This document shows, piece by piece, positions 1 to 15,487 of a DNA stretch of 64,000 nucleotides (the stretch's first letter is position 1; each line of letters opens with the position of its first letter). Source of the stretch: the human T2T-CHM13v2.0 reference genome, Homo sapiens; NCBI RefSeq assembly GCF_009914755.1, contig NC_060928.1; one strand, written 5' to 3'. Below the pieces are notes generated by a model. It had not been told where the DNA came from, made no database searches, and worked only from the letters and a program-made list of their open reading frames with translations. Position numbers and translations under genes: made by a program.

Positions 1-548
1 GCAAGGAGAGCAGGGAGGGTTTCAGGGCCCACAGGCTGCTCCCCCGTCAGCCCAGCTCCCGCCTCCCTTGGCCAGGGCCTGTGGATGCGTCTTCCTCCAA
101 CCTTCCCCCTTCCTCCCTGCTCCATCCTTACGCTCTAGATGCGGCTCATAAACAAGATATCATCGGACTTGACTCTCCTTGTCTGACCTGACAAGCATTT
201 GTTTCATAGTAGGCGCACTCAGTCCGCTGAACCTTCATGGATCAACTCCGGCATCTGAGTGCTGTTCCCGAGTCACACCTGCCCTGTGCTCCTTTTCTTC
301 CCAGTTCACCCTGGCTGCTGGGATCCAAGGCCTCTGGGGTCCCAAGCAAAGGGAGACATTTACCAGCGCACACCCCCCACCAACTCCGTCAAAAACATCG
401 CCCAGGGCCCCAGTGTCCGCCCGAATCACCAAATGTCTCTGAGGTGGAAACAGCCCCAAACATCAGGCCACCCCAGGCCTGTGTCATTCCTGAGACCCTG
501 GTCCAGGAGCTCTTCAGATGCTGGCAGCCTGCTAGTGCCTTCAAGCAG

Positions 549-577
549 CTCTCTCGCTCTCTCTCTCTCTCTCTCTC
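549..577. repeat. (CT)n microsatellite
   Basis: ctctctcgctctctctctct... run seen directly. Confidence 0.9.
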
Positions 578-736
578 ACTCACCTAAAGAAGACAACCTA
601 TTACTTTAGGTGTGCAGAATAATTTTACTCTTTTTTTTTTGTCTCAATCTGAGACTTGTACTGGAAAACCCAGAAAACCCATTTCAGTGTTTTCTCATGT
701 TAAAAAAAAAATGCAAAAACAAAAAACACCAGAGTT

Positions 737-1067
<331 letters not shown>

Positions 1068-1679
1068 CAGACTCCCTAAATATCTGTCGCAATTCCTAGA
1101 CTTGAAAACACTTTCTGGTAGACTTTCTTAATAGAAGATTGTTTCCTGTTACACTATTAATTGAAATAAGAGCCAGCAAGATGGAAGGGGTGTGTGTGTG
1201 TGAGTGTGTCTGTGTATGTGTGTTTGCTAGTGATGTGAGAATTAGGAGTGGTTTGGAACATGCTGATTTTCAGTTTTCAACTGCCAGCACTACTGCTTTA
1301 CAAACTTGTTCAGACATTCGATCCAAAATTCAAGAAAGATGGTAAATGCCAATGAGAGGGAGGGAGAAAAAACAAACTTGATATGTTGTATGTACTGCGG
1401 GATTTAGGAATGGGTTGACATACACAAGAATGCTCTAGAACAGAAGACAAATTATATAGCGTCGTGGTCAGACATGGCCCAAAGTTTTGTCCTGCCACTG
1501 CCTATCTATATAACATTAGGTGAGTTATCTCTCATCTCCAAGGCTCAGATTTCTCACCTGTAGAATGAGAAATAATAAATAGTATCTACCTCAAAAAATA
1601 AAACAGTTCAGAAAGACGTTTAAGTTGGAAATGTAATTGTTCTTATTTTCTTACTGACTTTTTGCAGTTTAGCCAGTTT

Positions 1680-2190
1680 TTATTATCTTTTTTCTAAAAT
1701 TGTAAAATACACGTAACATAAATTACCATTTTATCCACTTTGAGAGTACAATTTACTTGCATTAAGTACATACATATTAATGCACAACCATCACCACCCA
1801 TCCATCTTCAGAACCTTCTCTTCTCCCCCAAGTGAGGCTCTGTCCCCATCACACACTAGCTCTCTATTCCCCATGCCCCAGCCCCTGGCACCCCCATTCT
1901 ACTTTGTGTCTCTATGAATTTGACGACTCTAGGGACCTCACAGAAGTGGAACCCTGCAGTATTCATCGTTTTGTGATTGGCTTCTACCACTGAGCATAGT
2001 GTCCTCAGGGTTCATCCACATTGTAGCCTGTGTCAGAATCTCCTTCCTTTTTAGGGCTGAATACTACTCCATGCTGTGCGTGCCCCCCTTGGCTTAGCCA
2101 CTCTGTCAGTGGACCTGGGTTGCTTCCCCCTCTTGGCCGTTGCGACCAGTGAGTACGGCTGGACCCTCCAGCCCCTTCCCAGTGCAGTGC
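1680..2190 (-). mobile_element. old L1 (L1M) 3'-end fragment
   Basis: typical antisense L1 3' UTR words (aaattaccattttatcc, ctatgaatttgacgactctagg, gggttcatccacattgtagc, ttttagggctgaatactactcc). Confidence 0.8.
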
Positions 2191-3499
2191 TCTGGCAGAG
2201 CCGTGAGCCCCGGCCGGGGGTCCGATGAGCGGCTGACGCCAATGGGGCCCTGGCCAGAGGTCTGATGAGCGACTGAAGCTGATGTTCCACTTGCCCAAGT
2301 CTCCCTTCCCCTCCAGCCAGGCTTGCTGGCCTGTGACCACACTTGACCCACATGACTTTCTCTTCCACTGCGACAAGTTACTTCCCAGTGGGCTCCTGGC
2401 CTCACACAAGGAGAGCCTGGTGAGCAGCTCAGCGGCGCCCAGGGGTAGCCACGCTTATCTACATCCCGGTCAAAGCCTCCATCCTAACTCATCTCCCCCT
2501 CTCCCGTTATTCCCAGGCCATGAGGAGGGAGTGAGAGGCGCTGCTTTGTAGAGAGGGACCAGTTCAGGCCAAGCAAGGCATTTAGGCTTCACCCCAAGAG
2601 CCCTGGAGAGCACCTGGGGCCCAAGACCAGGCGCGAAGGAGTTGGGCTCTGCAGCCAGGTTGCTGGCCTCGACCCCTGCAGCCTGCAGAGCGTGGGCATC
2701 TTGTTCTGCTGATGGTTGACTTCAGGGTGTGGGAACCTCTGAGGCTTTGACAACTTGAGGCTGGCAAGGAGGACAGGGAGCAGGTGGGATCTTCAAAGAC
2801 TACACCTTTAAAGACTGTGACCTTTACCCTGGGGACCACAGGAGCCACTGGGGACTTCACTGGGAGTAACTCATCAGAGTGGAGTTACACTCAGTGGCCG
2901 CCTGTTTATCCTGAGATCTGCCCGCAGGCAACAGGCCCAGTCTGCACCGCAGTCTGTACCACACTGCCACAGATCCCTAAGGCTGCCCCTGACTGAAGTT
3001 GGTGGGGGACGAGGGAGTCACCGGGTGACAGAGCATGACTGTAAGGACACACGCTCATCACAAGTATGCATTGACCCTGCTCTGTGCTTGGAACCTGCCA
3101 AAGTTCAAGCATTTGTCCACATACCCCAAGAGGGGCCTGGCCAGCTCTGCCTGATGTCAACACTGACACCCAGGCCTTGGGTCCCTGGACTTCTCGTCTC
3201 TGGGCACTGGGGGCCAGCGTGGTGCAGTTGGGAGGGTCCCCAGAGCTGAGGCCCTTGAGTGAATGATTGCAACTCTTTGGGCCTCGGTTTCCTCATCTGG
3301 AGACTGTGATGGGGACTACATGAGCTCAACAGACCACCACAAGTCTCCCGAGTACCTGCTGGGGCCAGCCTGGCATCAGGCTCTGGGGATAGGCAGATCA
3401 CGTGCCCTTGAGCGACAAATCCCTATGTCCTCTGCACAGCGTGACTTGGACACTCGGCCCACCCTGTGGGTCTCCTGACCATCTTCCTCTATCCTTCAA

Positions 3500-3790
3500 G
3501 ACACTCATTCTGAAAGAAGCCAGGCACCACGCTGCAAGGAAGCCCAGGCCAGCCCACACGACAAGACAGTGCAGAGAGGCCATGTGGGAGGACCCAAGGC
3601 CCCCCAGACAGCCAGCGTGGCAGCGACCCAGCCTCCATGTTTGAGCCCTAGCCTCTGAGTCATTCAGTGGAGGCCCCAAACGTCATGACACAGAGACAAG
3701 CCGTTCCCTCTGTGTCCTGCCCAAATTCCTGACCCACAGACTTTGTGAGCTGAATGAATGTGCTCTGCAGCCATAGTAACGGGAACACCC
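3500..3790 (+). mobile_element. MLT1-family (MaLR) LTR fragment
   Basis: MLT1-like words: aggaagcccaggccagccc, agagaggccatgtg, cccaaattcctgacccacagactttgtgagc. Confidence 0.65.
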
Positions 3791-4530
3791 ACCGTGGCCA
3801 CTCTGCCCTAGCAGGGAGCAGCTCGAGGGTAGGCCAGCCGAGTTAGCACTGGCCACCGAGCCAGCGCCAGCAGGGCCAGAGGGACACGTGTGGGGCTGGA
3901 CTGCTCAGAGGATACAGCATGGGCAACAATGAGGAGTCAGCGAAGACGGCCTTGGGCCTCGGCCTTGGCAGAGCCCTGGCAGAGCGGGCAAAGGAAGCTG
4001 CCAGGTGCATCAGGCGAGGGAGGGAGCCCCAGGAAAGGAAAGCCTGCACAGACAGGGGGGTGGGGACCTGCCCAGGTGCCTGGGGGCACTGTCAGAGCAC
4101 CACGTGCCAAGGAACACGTGGGAGCGGGGTGGCAGGGAGAGGCTGCTCCTGGGGCCTTGGCTTGCAGTGTGTCACCAGGAAGGTGTTCAGTCAGAGGAAG
4201 ACAAAGGGGAGGACAGGCTGGGGACAGTGGACGGGGGCATTGCCGCTCTGTCATCACTGGGTCCACCTTTGAGGGGCTGGGAAGACCAGGGCCCCCCGAA
4301 TCCGGGGCCCGGCTCCACATCCTGCCCACCAGCCTGCCAGGGATGGACCAAACTCCAGGAGGCCCCGACACATGAAGGAAACAGTGGTCGGAAGAGCAGG
4401 CACCCAGCTCAGGGCACTGGCAGGCAGGGCCCCGGGACTGCTTCTCCACCAGCTGCTGTGAGTGAGCCTGGTGGCCTACCCCTGCTGTCCTGGCCAGGTC
4501 GAATTTTTGGATGTGCCTTGGAACAACTAG

Positions 4531-5726
<1,196 letters not shown>

Positions 5727-5744
5727 TCCTGTACCATTATTTTA

Positions 5745-5855
5745 CTAGCTGTGAATTTGGGCAAGTTACTGGTGCTCTCTGACCCTCAGTCTTTTTATCT
5801 GCAGAATGGGGTTACTCAAGGCACCTACTTTCTGAAATTGTTGGAGAGTCCTTGA
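5745..5855. mobile_element. MIR fragment
   Basis: MIR core words: tttactagctgtgaatttgggcaagttact...ctcagtctttttatctgcagaatgggg. Confidence 0.7.
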
Positions 5856-6597
5856 GCTCAGGGGGCGAGGAGGACAGAGTTTTGTGAGGCACTATTCACC
5901 TTTCAGTGGAAACATTTTTAATTTTGTTTCTGTCCTGGGGGAGGAGGAGAGAAGGAAGACTGGGGGTAAGTTCTCCCACGTAAGACAGCTTCCTATGGAC
6001 GATGAATTTAGACTCGCCGCATCTGTGCATGCTCGTGTGGCCTCCCAGAGCCCGGGTGGCAGATGGGTGGCCTGGCGTGAGCATTCTTCGTTTCAGGCTG
6101 TGCCGGGCCTCCCCTTAATAAAGACCTGTTTCTTCCCGGCTGCACTCTTGGCCCAGCCACCAAGGCTCAATGAGCTATTCTGAGCTCCCGGCCTGCCCGC
6201 CGTGGACACACTCGGGCCTTCTGTTTGCCCACGGCCGCCCTGTGGGGCTTTCATAAAGCAGCCCTGTTCTCTCTCCCACCGCGCAGCCGCCTGCTCCTTG
6301 GGGCCTCCTTAGGGAGGAGGCCGTGCCAGCCCGGGAGCCGGGGGCGGGGGGAGGCTGCGCTTTGCTGGCTTCCAGGAAGATGCACACGCTGTGTGTGGCC
6401 AGAGACCGGGGCACCTCTTTGTTGGCGGCCCCATTGACTTAGGGGCGATTTGTTAGGGGTAAGACACGTGTTCGGCGAGCAGGCTGCTGCTGCTCACTCC
6501 CTTGAGAGAGGGCAGGCCTCCCTCTGGGATGCACGCTCACCAAGGCCACAGGGTGCCGGGCCTTTGCACGAGCTGTTGCTCTGATCTTCCTGGGGTG

Positions 6598-6880
6598 GCC
6601 TCCTCCTCGTTCCCCCACTCCCCTCCTCCCCTTCCCCCTCCTCCTCCCCCTCCTTCTCCTCCCCTCCCCCTCCTCCCCCTCTCCTGTCCTCCTCCCCTTC
6701 CTTCCCCCACCCATCCTCCCCCTCCCCTCCCCTTCCTCCCCGTCCACCTCCCCTGCCCCTCCTCCCCATCTCCTGTCCCTCCTCCCCCTCCTGTCCCCTT
6801 CCTTCCCCCTCCCCTCCCCTCCTCCCCCACCCCCTCCCCTCCTCCCCCACGCCCTCCCCTCCCCTCCCCCTCTCCTCCTT
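6598..6880. repeat. C-rich polypyrimidine low-complexity tract (~280 bp)
   Basis: almost pure C/T with CCCCT/CCTCC units. Confidence 0.9.
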
Positions 6881-6894
6881 GCCTAAGCTTAAGT

Positions 6895-7820
6895 TTTCTT
6901 GTTTCCTGTCTCTGTAGTCTCATCGGTCTTGTTGGAGTTCCTCCGTGTATTTGTCCTTGTCTCGCCCCTCTAGAGGGTATGTTTCCCAGGATCAAGGAGG
7001 CGTCCGTCTTGTTCACATCCATTCCCCAGACCCCACACAGTGCCTGACTCAGAGGAAGCCACAATCAAGATCTGTTAGATGAATGAATGAACTAACTAAC
7101 CATGCAATTAAGAAGTAAATCTATGAATCCATGAAGCAATGATTCACTAGATCAATTACTTAATGAGACCAGGGGACATAGGCAGGAGAGAGACTGAGTT
7201 TCCCCTTTAGCAGGAATCCTTGCCATACACATATATACATATTTGATCATCTGATCTTCCGCATTCACCTCTAAGCCCTTCCAGAGCAGTGGTGGGGCAG
7301 GCTCCTCTCCAGGGTACCCAGAACGCACCATCAGCCCCAGGCCTGGCACACACCGCTGCTCGAAGAACCTTGATTTAATGAATATGCCAAGGCCAGTCCC
7401 ATGGCCTCTCATCCATTTTTGGGGTCACCCTGGCTTTGTCCCACCTCAAGACCTTCACACCTGCTGTTCCCTGGGCCTGGAATCCTGCCCCTGGCTTTTT
7501 CACGTGAAGATCGCCCTCCGCTGGAACACCCACTTCCCTGGGCAGCTGCCCCGCCGCATTTGGATCGTCCTCCGCTGGAACACCCACTTCCTTGGGTGGC
7601 TGCCCCCGCCACATTAGGAGCTGCTTCCCTGGAATTCTCTGTCCAGTGCCTGCATAGCTCCTTTCTAGACCTCACTGATGGAGCTAATGCTTATTTACCT
7701 ATTTCCATTAGACTTGGAGCACCCCGGGGCCAGGACCTGTCCTGCCCTGCTTGCCCTGTGTCCTCAGTTCCCAGGACAGTGTGGGCTCCCAGGACTTGTT
7801 GAGTGAGCACTTCTTGTTAA
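6895..7820. mobile_element. L2 fragments, including a 54-bp tandem duplication (7509-7560 / 7563-7615)
   Basis: L2 3'-end words (cacagtgcctg...gaatgaatga; acacctgctgttccctgggcctggaa); duplicated gatcgYcctccgctggaacacccacttcc. Confidence 0.65.
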
Positions 7821-8931
7821 GTAAACTAACAAGTGGACCAACAAGAGCAGAAAGCTGATTGTGTGTCCATTTTACAGTGGAGGACAGTGGCCTGCATCCA
7901 ACACAGGGAATGCCGCAGTCACGGAAGTTGTCAGAGATACAGACACTAGAATCCCGTCCTCCACTCATTCATGCAACAGGTTTTCATCCAGTGCCTGCTG
8001 CCTGCAGAGATGGCCCTGTGGCAGGGTGCAGCCCAGGGAGGGGGGGCAGGCCATGAGAAGGGCTTCCATGGAGGCAGGGACAGAGGCCAGGTGCAGAGCC
8101 CACTACTCCCTGGGGAGGGGTGGTCAGGGAAGCCTCCCTGGGGGAGGCGAGGCAGTCCTGGAGTGGAGTCCCAAGAAAGGAACTGCCGTTCAGCAGTGGG
8201 TGAGAGCCAGGCAAGCAGTGCGCATAAAGGGAGGACCTCGAGGGGCTGTGGAGCTGACCTCCAGCCCAGCAGGGTGGGTGCGGGGATGAGGCCTGGATCT
8301 GCTCTGTGCAGGCTCAGGAACCGGGGTCACTAGTGGAAGCCCAGGAGGATCTGTTTTATGTCAATATAAAGGAACGTTTCCCAGAGGCAGAGCCATGCAA
8401 ATAGAATGAACTTTCTGAGGAAGGAGTGAGCTCTCCATTCCTGGGGTTATGTAAGCTGTGATGCTGGAGAGGGATGAGGGGTTCGCCTAGACAGAAACCC
8501 TGTAAAATCCCTTCTGATCTAAAAAATCTATATTGAAAAGTGTCTAATGCAGGCAGAAGAGGTACTTATCAGATAATATCAACATAATTTTCATACAAAT
8601 ATGCATAAAGGTGATCATTACAGAGATTTTTTATGGAATGCAAAAAACCCATCTCATAAATCCCACTTTTAGAGAGTTTCTCAGGCAATCAACGCATGAG
8701 TATTCAGACACTTGGCTAAAATCACTGCAGTGGTGTTTGTAACAGAGGAAAATTGGAAACAATCCGAATGTTAACTTATATGTTTATTTTCTGTCTCCCC
8801 TCTAAGCTGCAAGCTCTAAGAGGGTAGACCTTGTCCGTCTCATTGGCAGCTCTGTCCTTCAGATGCAGTGGATAGAAGAGATAGAATGTGCTCTTTGTTT
8901 CATTTTTTAAATTTTGTTTTCTCACTGCCTA

Positions 8932-9286
<355 letters not shown>

Positions 9287-10946
9287 TAAAAGTATAACTC
9301 TACTGATGAGAAACAGAGTTCATCCAAACGTTATTATAACAGCAGTTGTTTCTGGGTGATGGATCGAAGATTATTTTTATTTTGTTCTTTATGTTGCACT
9401 GAGTTTTTCATGCTATCTACAATAGACACACACGATGTTTGTAATGTGAAAAATTTTTGAGAAAAAACAAAATGACATCAGAGTTAAAAAAAAAAAAAAA
9501 AAGCAGGAAAGAAAAACGACTTCATTTGCTGAGCTCCGAGAATGGATTTTTTAAAGTCAAACAAAATCGTTTAAGATTTTCTCTAAATGCCCTTAGTGGT
9601 ATCTTCTTGCCATCTGGCTAGGATCACACGAGAACAACCCAACTCGTTTGGGGAAGAAAATTGTCTTCAGTGTCGCAGTAGCCACCTCTAAACTCGCCTC
9701 CTCCACCCAGGGTGTTTTGTCGTAGCCTACCGTGGGCGTGGACTTGACATTTATCTGGGCTCACAAGCCTGCAGGGCTGTCTGGGTGTCCCAAAGCCACT
9801 TCTGCTCAAGGCAGATAACTGCCAAAGAAATAACTCTGCCAGCGAAGAATCTGCCTTTGAATCTGTCTTCCCAAACAAGCAAGCTCTCTCAATGTTCAGG
9901 AGAAAACAGCTCGCTCGCTCTGAGTTGTTCGAATTTGTGGAGCTCTCCAGTTCTTGGGGCCCAAAGGGATTCAGCCTCCTGGCGGGGTTGGGATCGAAGC
10001 TACCTATTAGAAGTCACTGCTCACCATCTGTCACCCTGGGGAAGTAGAGCGGTTCCCAGCCACTGGACATGTGCAAGCCGAGGGTGGGCCACCCTTTGTC
10101 AGAGAGCTTGTAGCGGAAGTGCGATCATCAGATGGGGGTGGGGGCGGGTCTTATTGCCTCCAATGGCCAGGTGACAGGGCCTTTGCTCAGAGGGGTGAAA
10201 TTCGCCAGGGTCTCCTAGTCTACCCAGTAAATCTGGGCTGCCCTAATTATAGCCTCCCCACTGCGCTTACTGGTAGCATTTTGTACAAGATGTTAGGGTT
10301 GCCTAGAGGAGGAAGGGGACCCTTTGGGAGAGACAAGGGGCTCTCACCCTCTGGTTCCACAATGACAGCACGGTATTCGCCAGTTCAGGGTCCCTGCCCC
10401 TGGAGCTCATGCCTGTAGCCGCCCCGTCCCACAGACAGAAGCACACACAGGCGCCTCTCCTCATGTGCAGCTGGCTCTGAGATTCATGGAACAAGAAGAG
10501 CCAACTCCTAGGAGGAGGCCAGTTCAAATTCTGCCTTTTTCCGGCTGTGTACTCTTGGAGAAGTTACACACCTCTCTGAAAAATTGTTGAAAGTAAACTT
10601 ACTGCACAGGACACTTTCTGTGCTCAGTTATGTCTGCCGAGTTCAGCTGGCGTGCAGGCACTGCCACAGGCCCCGAGAAAAGAACGGGGTGCAGAGCAGG
10701 GGCTGCTTTCAGGGACCCGCCGTGCTAGTGAAGGTGGAACGGTAAAGAGAGTCCCGGGTGTAAGGGCGCGGGCAGTGATGGGAGCACAGACCCAGTGAGG
10801 CAGGGGAGGGTGAGGGATGCCTTCTGCAGAGGGGGTACCCTGCAGACAGAGTCAGGGAGAGATCAAGAGACGGGGATGGCCAGGAGGGCACAGGGCTCAC
10901 TGGCCAGGCAACATCGCCATTATTTCTGTTATTATGACTTCTCCTG

Positions 10947-12348
10947 CTGAGGCACAGAGAGGGTAAGACACCTGCCCAGGGACACCCTGTTAGAAGGTGG
11001 CAGGGCCAGGACTCAGCCGCAGGCCTGTCTGGGGGCCCCCATGCACACGGTGCACTGGTCTTCAATGGGTGCACAGGTGGGATCTCTTTTCTTTTCTTTT
11101 CTTTCCTTTCCTTTTCTTTCTTTTTTTTTAGATGGAGTCTCACTCTGTCACCCAGGCTGGAGTGCAATGGTACGATCTTGGCTCACTGCAACTTCCATCT
11201 CCTGGGTCCAAGCGATTCTCACCTCAGCCTCCAGAATAGCTGGGATTACAGGCGCATGCCACCACGCCCTACGAATTTTTGTATTTTTAGCAGAGACAGG
11301 GTTTCACCATGTTGACCAGGCTGGTCTTGAACTCCTGACCTCAAGTGATCCACCTGCCTTGGCCTCCCAAAGTGCTGGGAATACAGGCATCAGCCACCGC
11401 GCCCATGGGTAGGATCATGGGTAGGATCTCTGATCCTCCCGGTTCATGGATCTCCAGATATTACGCTCCAAATCCACCTTCTGCTTTCTTGACATCAAAC
11501 CTAAGAAACAAGGGCCCACGACACTTTCTGCTTAAGCCTAAAGTGCTGGTAACCAGAAGGGACCCCGAGGGGACCCCCAGGTCTCTCTGCATCCTGAGGG
11601 GCTGCCGCTGTGGTTTCTCCCCAGTGCTGGGGACGGGGGGCCCTGTCTGACCTAGTGGCTTCTCATGAAGGTGCCCTTCCAGAGAGCCAAGCACCGAATT
11701 GGGCCAGCCCAGGTGGTCACTCGGCTCTGCTGAGGCCTGCTTGGATCTCAGGGTGACTGGCCCCGTCAGGGTGACTCAGCTGTTCTTGCAGCTGGGCGTG
11801 GGCTGATGGCTGGGAGCTCTCCAGGCAGCCCGCAGTGGCCAGGCCGCAGGAAGGCAGGCGGGAGCAGCCCGGGAGGACTCACCAAGTTCTTATTTTGCTT
11901 TTAAAGCCTCCAGCTCCTGGCCCAGGGAGCCAGGTACAGTCAACCTGTTGGAAAAGTGCCTCCTTCTCAGGGAAGCCTCGGTCATGGGGAAAAGCTAGGA
12001 TGCTCAGAACCAAACAGGAACTGAAAGTCAGCCCAGCCAAGTCCTTCATTTCACAGCTGAGGAAACTGAGGCCCAGAGAGGCTGACCTGCTTGGGGTCAC
12101 GCACACGTAGGGTGGTGCAGGCCTGTGATCTTTGCACTGGGCCCCCAGACCTCTCTGGAGAGACGTCACACTCCTCAGAACCAGCAAGCTGCTGGGTGAT
12201 GCCACAGGACTCCCTGAAAAACCGGCCCGTTGAAGACCAGCACAGGGTGGGCAGGAGGGTCCCCAGACGGACCTGAGGCCCAGTCCTGGCCCTGCCAGTT
12301 TCTAACAGGGTGGCCCTGGGCAGGTGTCTTACCCTCTCTAGGCCTCAG
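10947..12348. repeat. dispersed inverted repeat, arms 10947-11069 and 12226-12348
   Basis: manual ungapped alignment of arm 1 with the reverse complement of arm 2 gives 104/123 identical. Confidence 0.9.
11088..11404 (-). mobile_element. Alu (AluS-type)
   Basis: T/CTTT tail followed by antisense Alu consensus. Confidence 0.95.
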
Positions 12349-14552
12349 TCTCCCCTCTGGCCACCTGCTGGGATCTCCAGGGGAGTTCAGTGAGTGGCAG
12401 TGTGCGGTCAGCCCGGTGCACACGGGGTTCCCTCTGTGCTCACCAAACCTCAGAGGAGGTGGCCCTGGAGCCTTGAAGAAGAGGACGCCTCCTGCCTGCC
12501 GCTGCTGGGGGAAAGCCCACCTGGCCCTCCGACGCACATATACACACGGACAGGACAGCTTGAGAGCACGCGGAGAATTTGCTTCTCCTGAGAGCAGGCT
12601 GGAGTTCAGGGGTCAGAGCGGGTGAATTTGGGCTTTCCCTCTGCAAAACTCACGTGTGAAACCCACTCATTTGTTCAACAAATATTTGCCGAGTGCTTGC
12701 TGCGTACAAGGTCCTGCCCCAGGGCGGGAGACAGAGGCATGACCAAAGCAAACAGAATCCTGCCCCATCGTCCTTACTTCCAGAGGGCGGGATCATCAAC
12801 AAGAGTCACAAATGATCAAACGCACATGGGGAGTAAATAGTGATTGCGGAGCAGGGATCGGAGAGGGATCGGTGCCAATGAGAAAAGAGTTGAGCAGAGC
12901 AAGGGACTAGGAAGCGACGGGGATGGGAATTTTAGAGGGGACCCAGAAAGGACCAGCCCGAGCAGGTGACCTCTGAACACAGAGAGGAATGAGGTGAGGG
13001 CACAAGCCATGACGGTTTCTGCAGGAAGAACTTTCCAGGTGGGGGAACAGCCCCTGCAAAGGCCCTGAGGCAGGAGCCCCGTGTAACAGCAGCTCCAGCG
13101 AGCAAAGGACGGAAGGAGGGGATGAGGGGAGGAGGTGGAGGACACCATGTGTGGGTGTGGATTGGGAGAGAGGACCGCCCTTCCTCATCTGTGGTGTCGG
13201 CTTGTTCTGTTTCAGGGTGATAGAATTGCTCAGCCTCCACGAGGTAGGAAATCCCAGAAGACAAGGAGGTCCATGAAGCGGGGGATGAGAATCCCACCAG
13301 TTTGAAACGTGCCACGTTGGTGACGCTCCTTCCTTGAGGCTTCTTTGTCCCCCTCCCCAACCTCATTTCACACTCTGCTCCTCACACAATAGAGTCTCAG
13401 AAGGCCATGGCCACAAAGGGTCAGGGCACCAGCCTTGGGACAAGACCCAAATCATCAACCAGATGTCACAGCTGCTGACCCTGGCCTCACCCGGCCGCCC
13501 TCTGCCTTGCCTCCTGCGCCCACCCCAAGCCTTGACAAGAGCTGTTCCCTCCATTAGGAACGTGCTCCCTTCACTGTCCGCCCGCAGAGGTGCACATCTT
13601 CCGGGTCTCACACGTGGTGATAACTCAGACAACTCAGCCAACTACTCATTGACTGAATGAATACATTCACAGTTGTGTCTCCAGGGTCCTCAACTGATTC
13701 CATACATTAGCTGCGTACCTGCCGTGTACCATCCCTCTTTCTCAGATTTTCAGTCAGCAATCAGGAGACCTGGGTTTCAGCTGCGTGACTTGGAGCAAGT
13801 CACGTGTCTTCTCTGGCCCTCAATTACAATCAAATCTTTCAGAGCTGGAAGGGATCGTAGAGTTCTCCAGTCTAAGCCCTTGCCCGATGCATGGGACAGC
13901 TCTGCTGCAACCATGTTCTGTCATGACCCAGTCTCTCCTTGTTCACCTCCAGAGACAGGGAGTTCACTCCCAAACTCCCAAGAAGGTTCACTCCTGGGTA
14001 TCTTCCATAGTCAATGAAGATCCCTCAGACTGGAAAAGGCGTAGGCATTAGCAGACCTGGTTCAGATCATACTTCTAGCTCTATGACCTTGGGCACGTCA
14101 CTTAACCTTTGTGAGCCCAAGGTTTACTATCCGTAAAACGAGGATCATAATGTTTTCTGTTGGAGTTGTCTCAAGGATCAAGCAAGATGGCCAGGAAGTG
14201 CCCGGCACACTGTAGACTCCGGAGACATTTAAGAGATGTCAAATATACACTAAGGAGCTCCACGTCCTGATTACTACAGCACTTCCCAGGACCTAGACTC
14301 TGCGTGGTTCCAGGTGAAGGGGCTGGGAGGGGAGGGCTGGTTGAAGGTGGTTGTCTGCAGGCCCTGGCAAGGTAGCACATCCTAGGAGGAGGCCGTAATG
14401 AAGACAAGGTCAGAATGGTGTAAGAAAGAAACTAGATACATAAATGATAGATAGGTAAATATTTTGTTATTGTGGTCAGATATACAAGCCTTAAAAATTT
14501 ACCATTTTAACCATTTTAAGTGTAGCATTCTAGGGACCTTAAGTACATTCAC

Positions 14553-15487
<935 letters not shown>

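Noticed and set aside
6439-7064. Pro-rich and Gly/Arg/Glu-rich ORFs
   Set aside because: Translations of the polypyrimidine tract
11883-11944. VDCTWLPGPGAG reading as a cytokine-receptor FN3 fragment
   Set aside because: That frame hits a stop on joining the next candidate exon, and no WSXWS or other supporting exon was found
13216-13234. GDRIAQ peptide resembling dUTPase motif IV
   Set aside because: Only six residues; flanks show no other dUTPase motif or retroviral context
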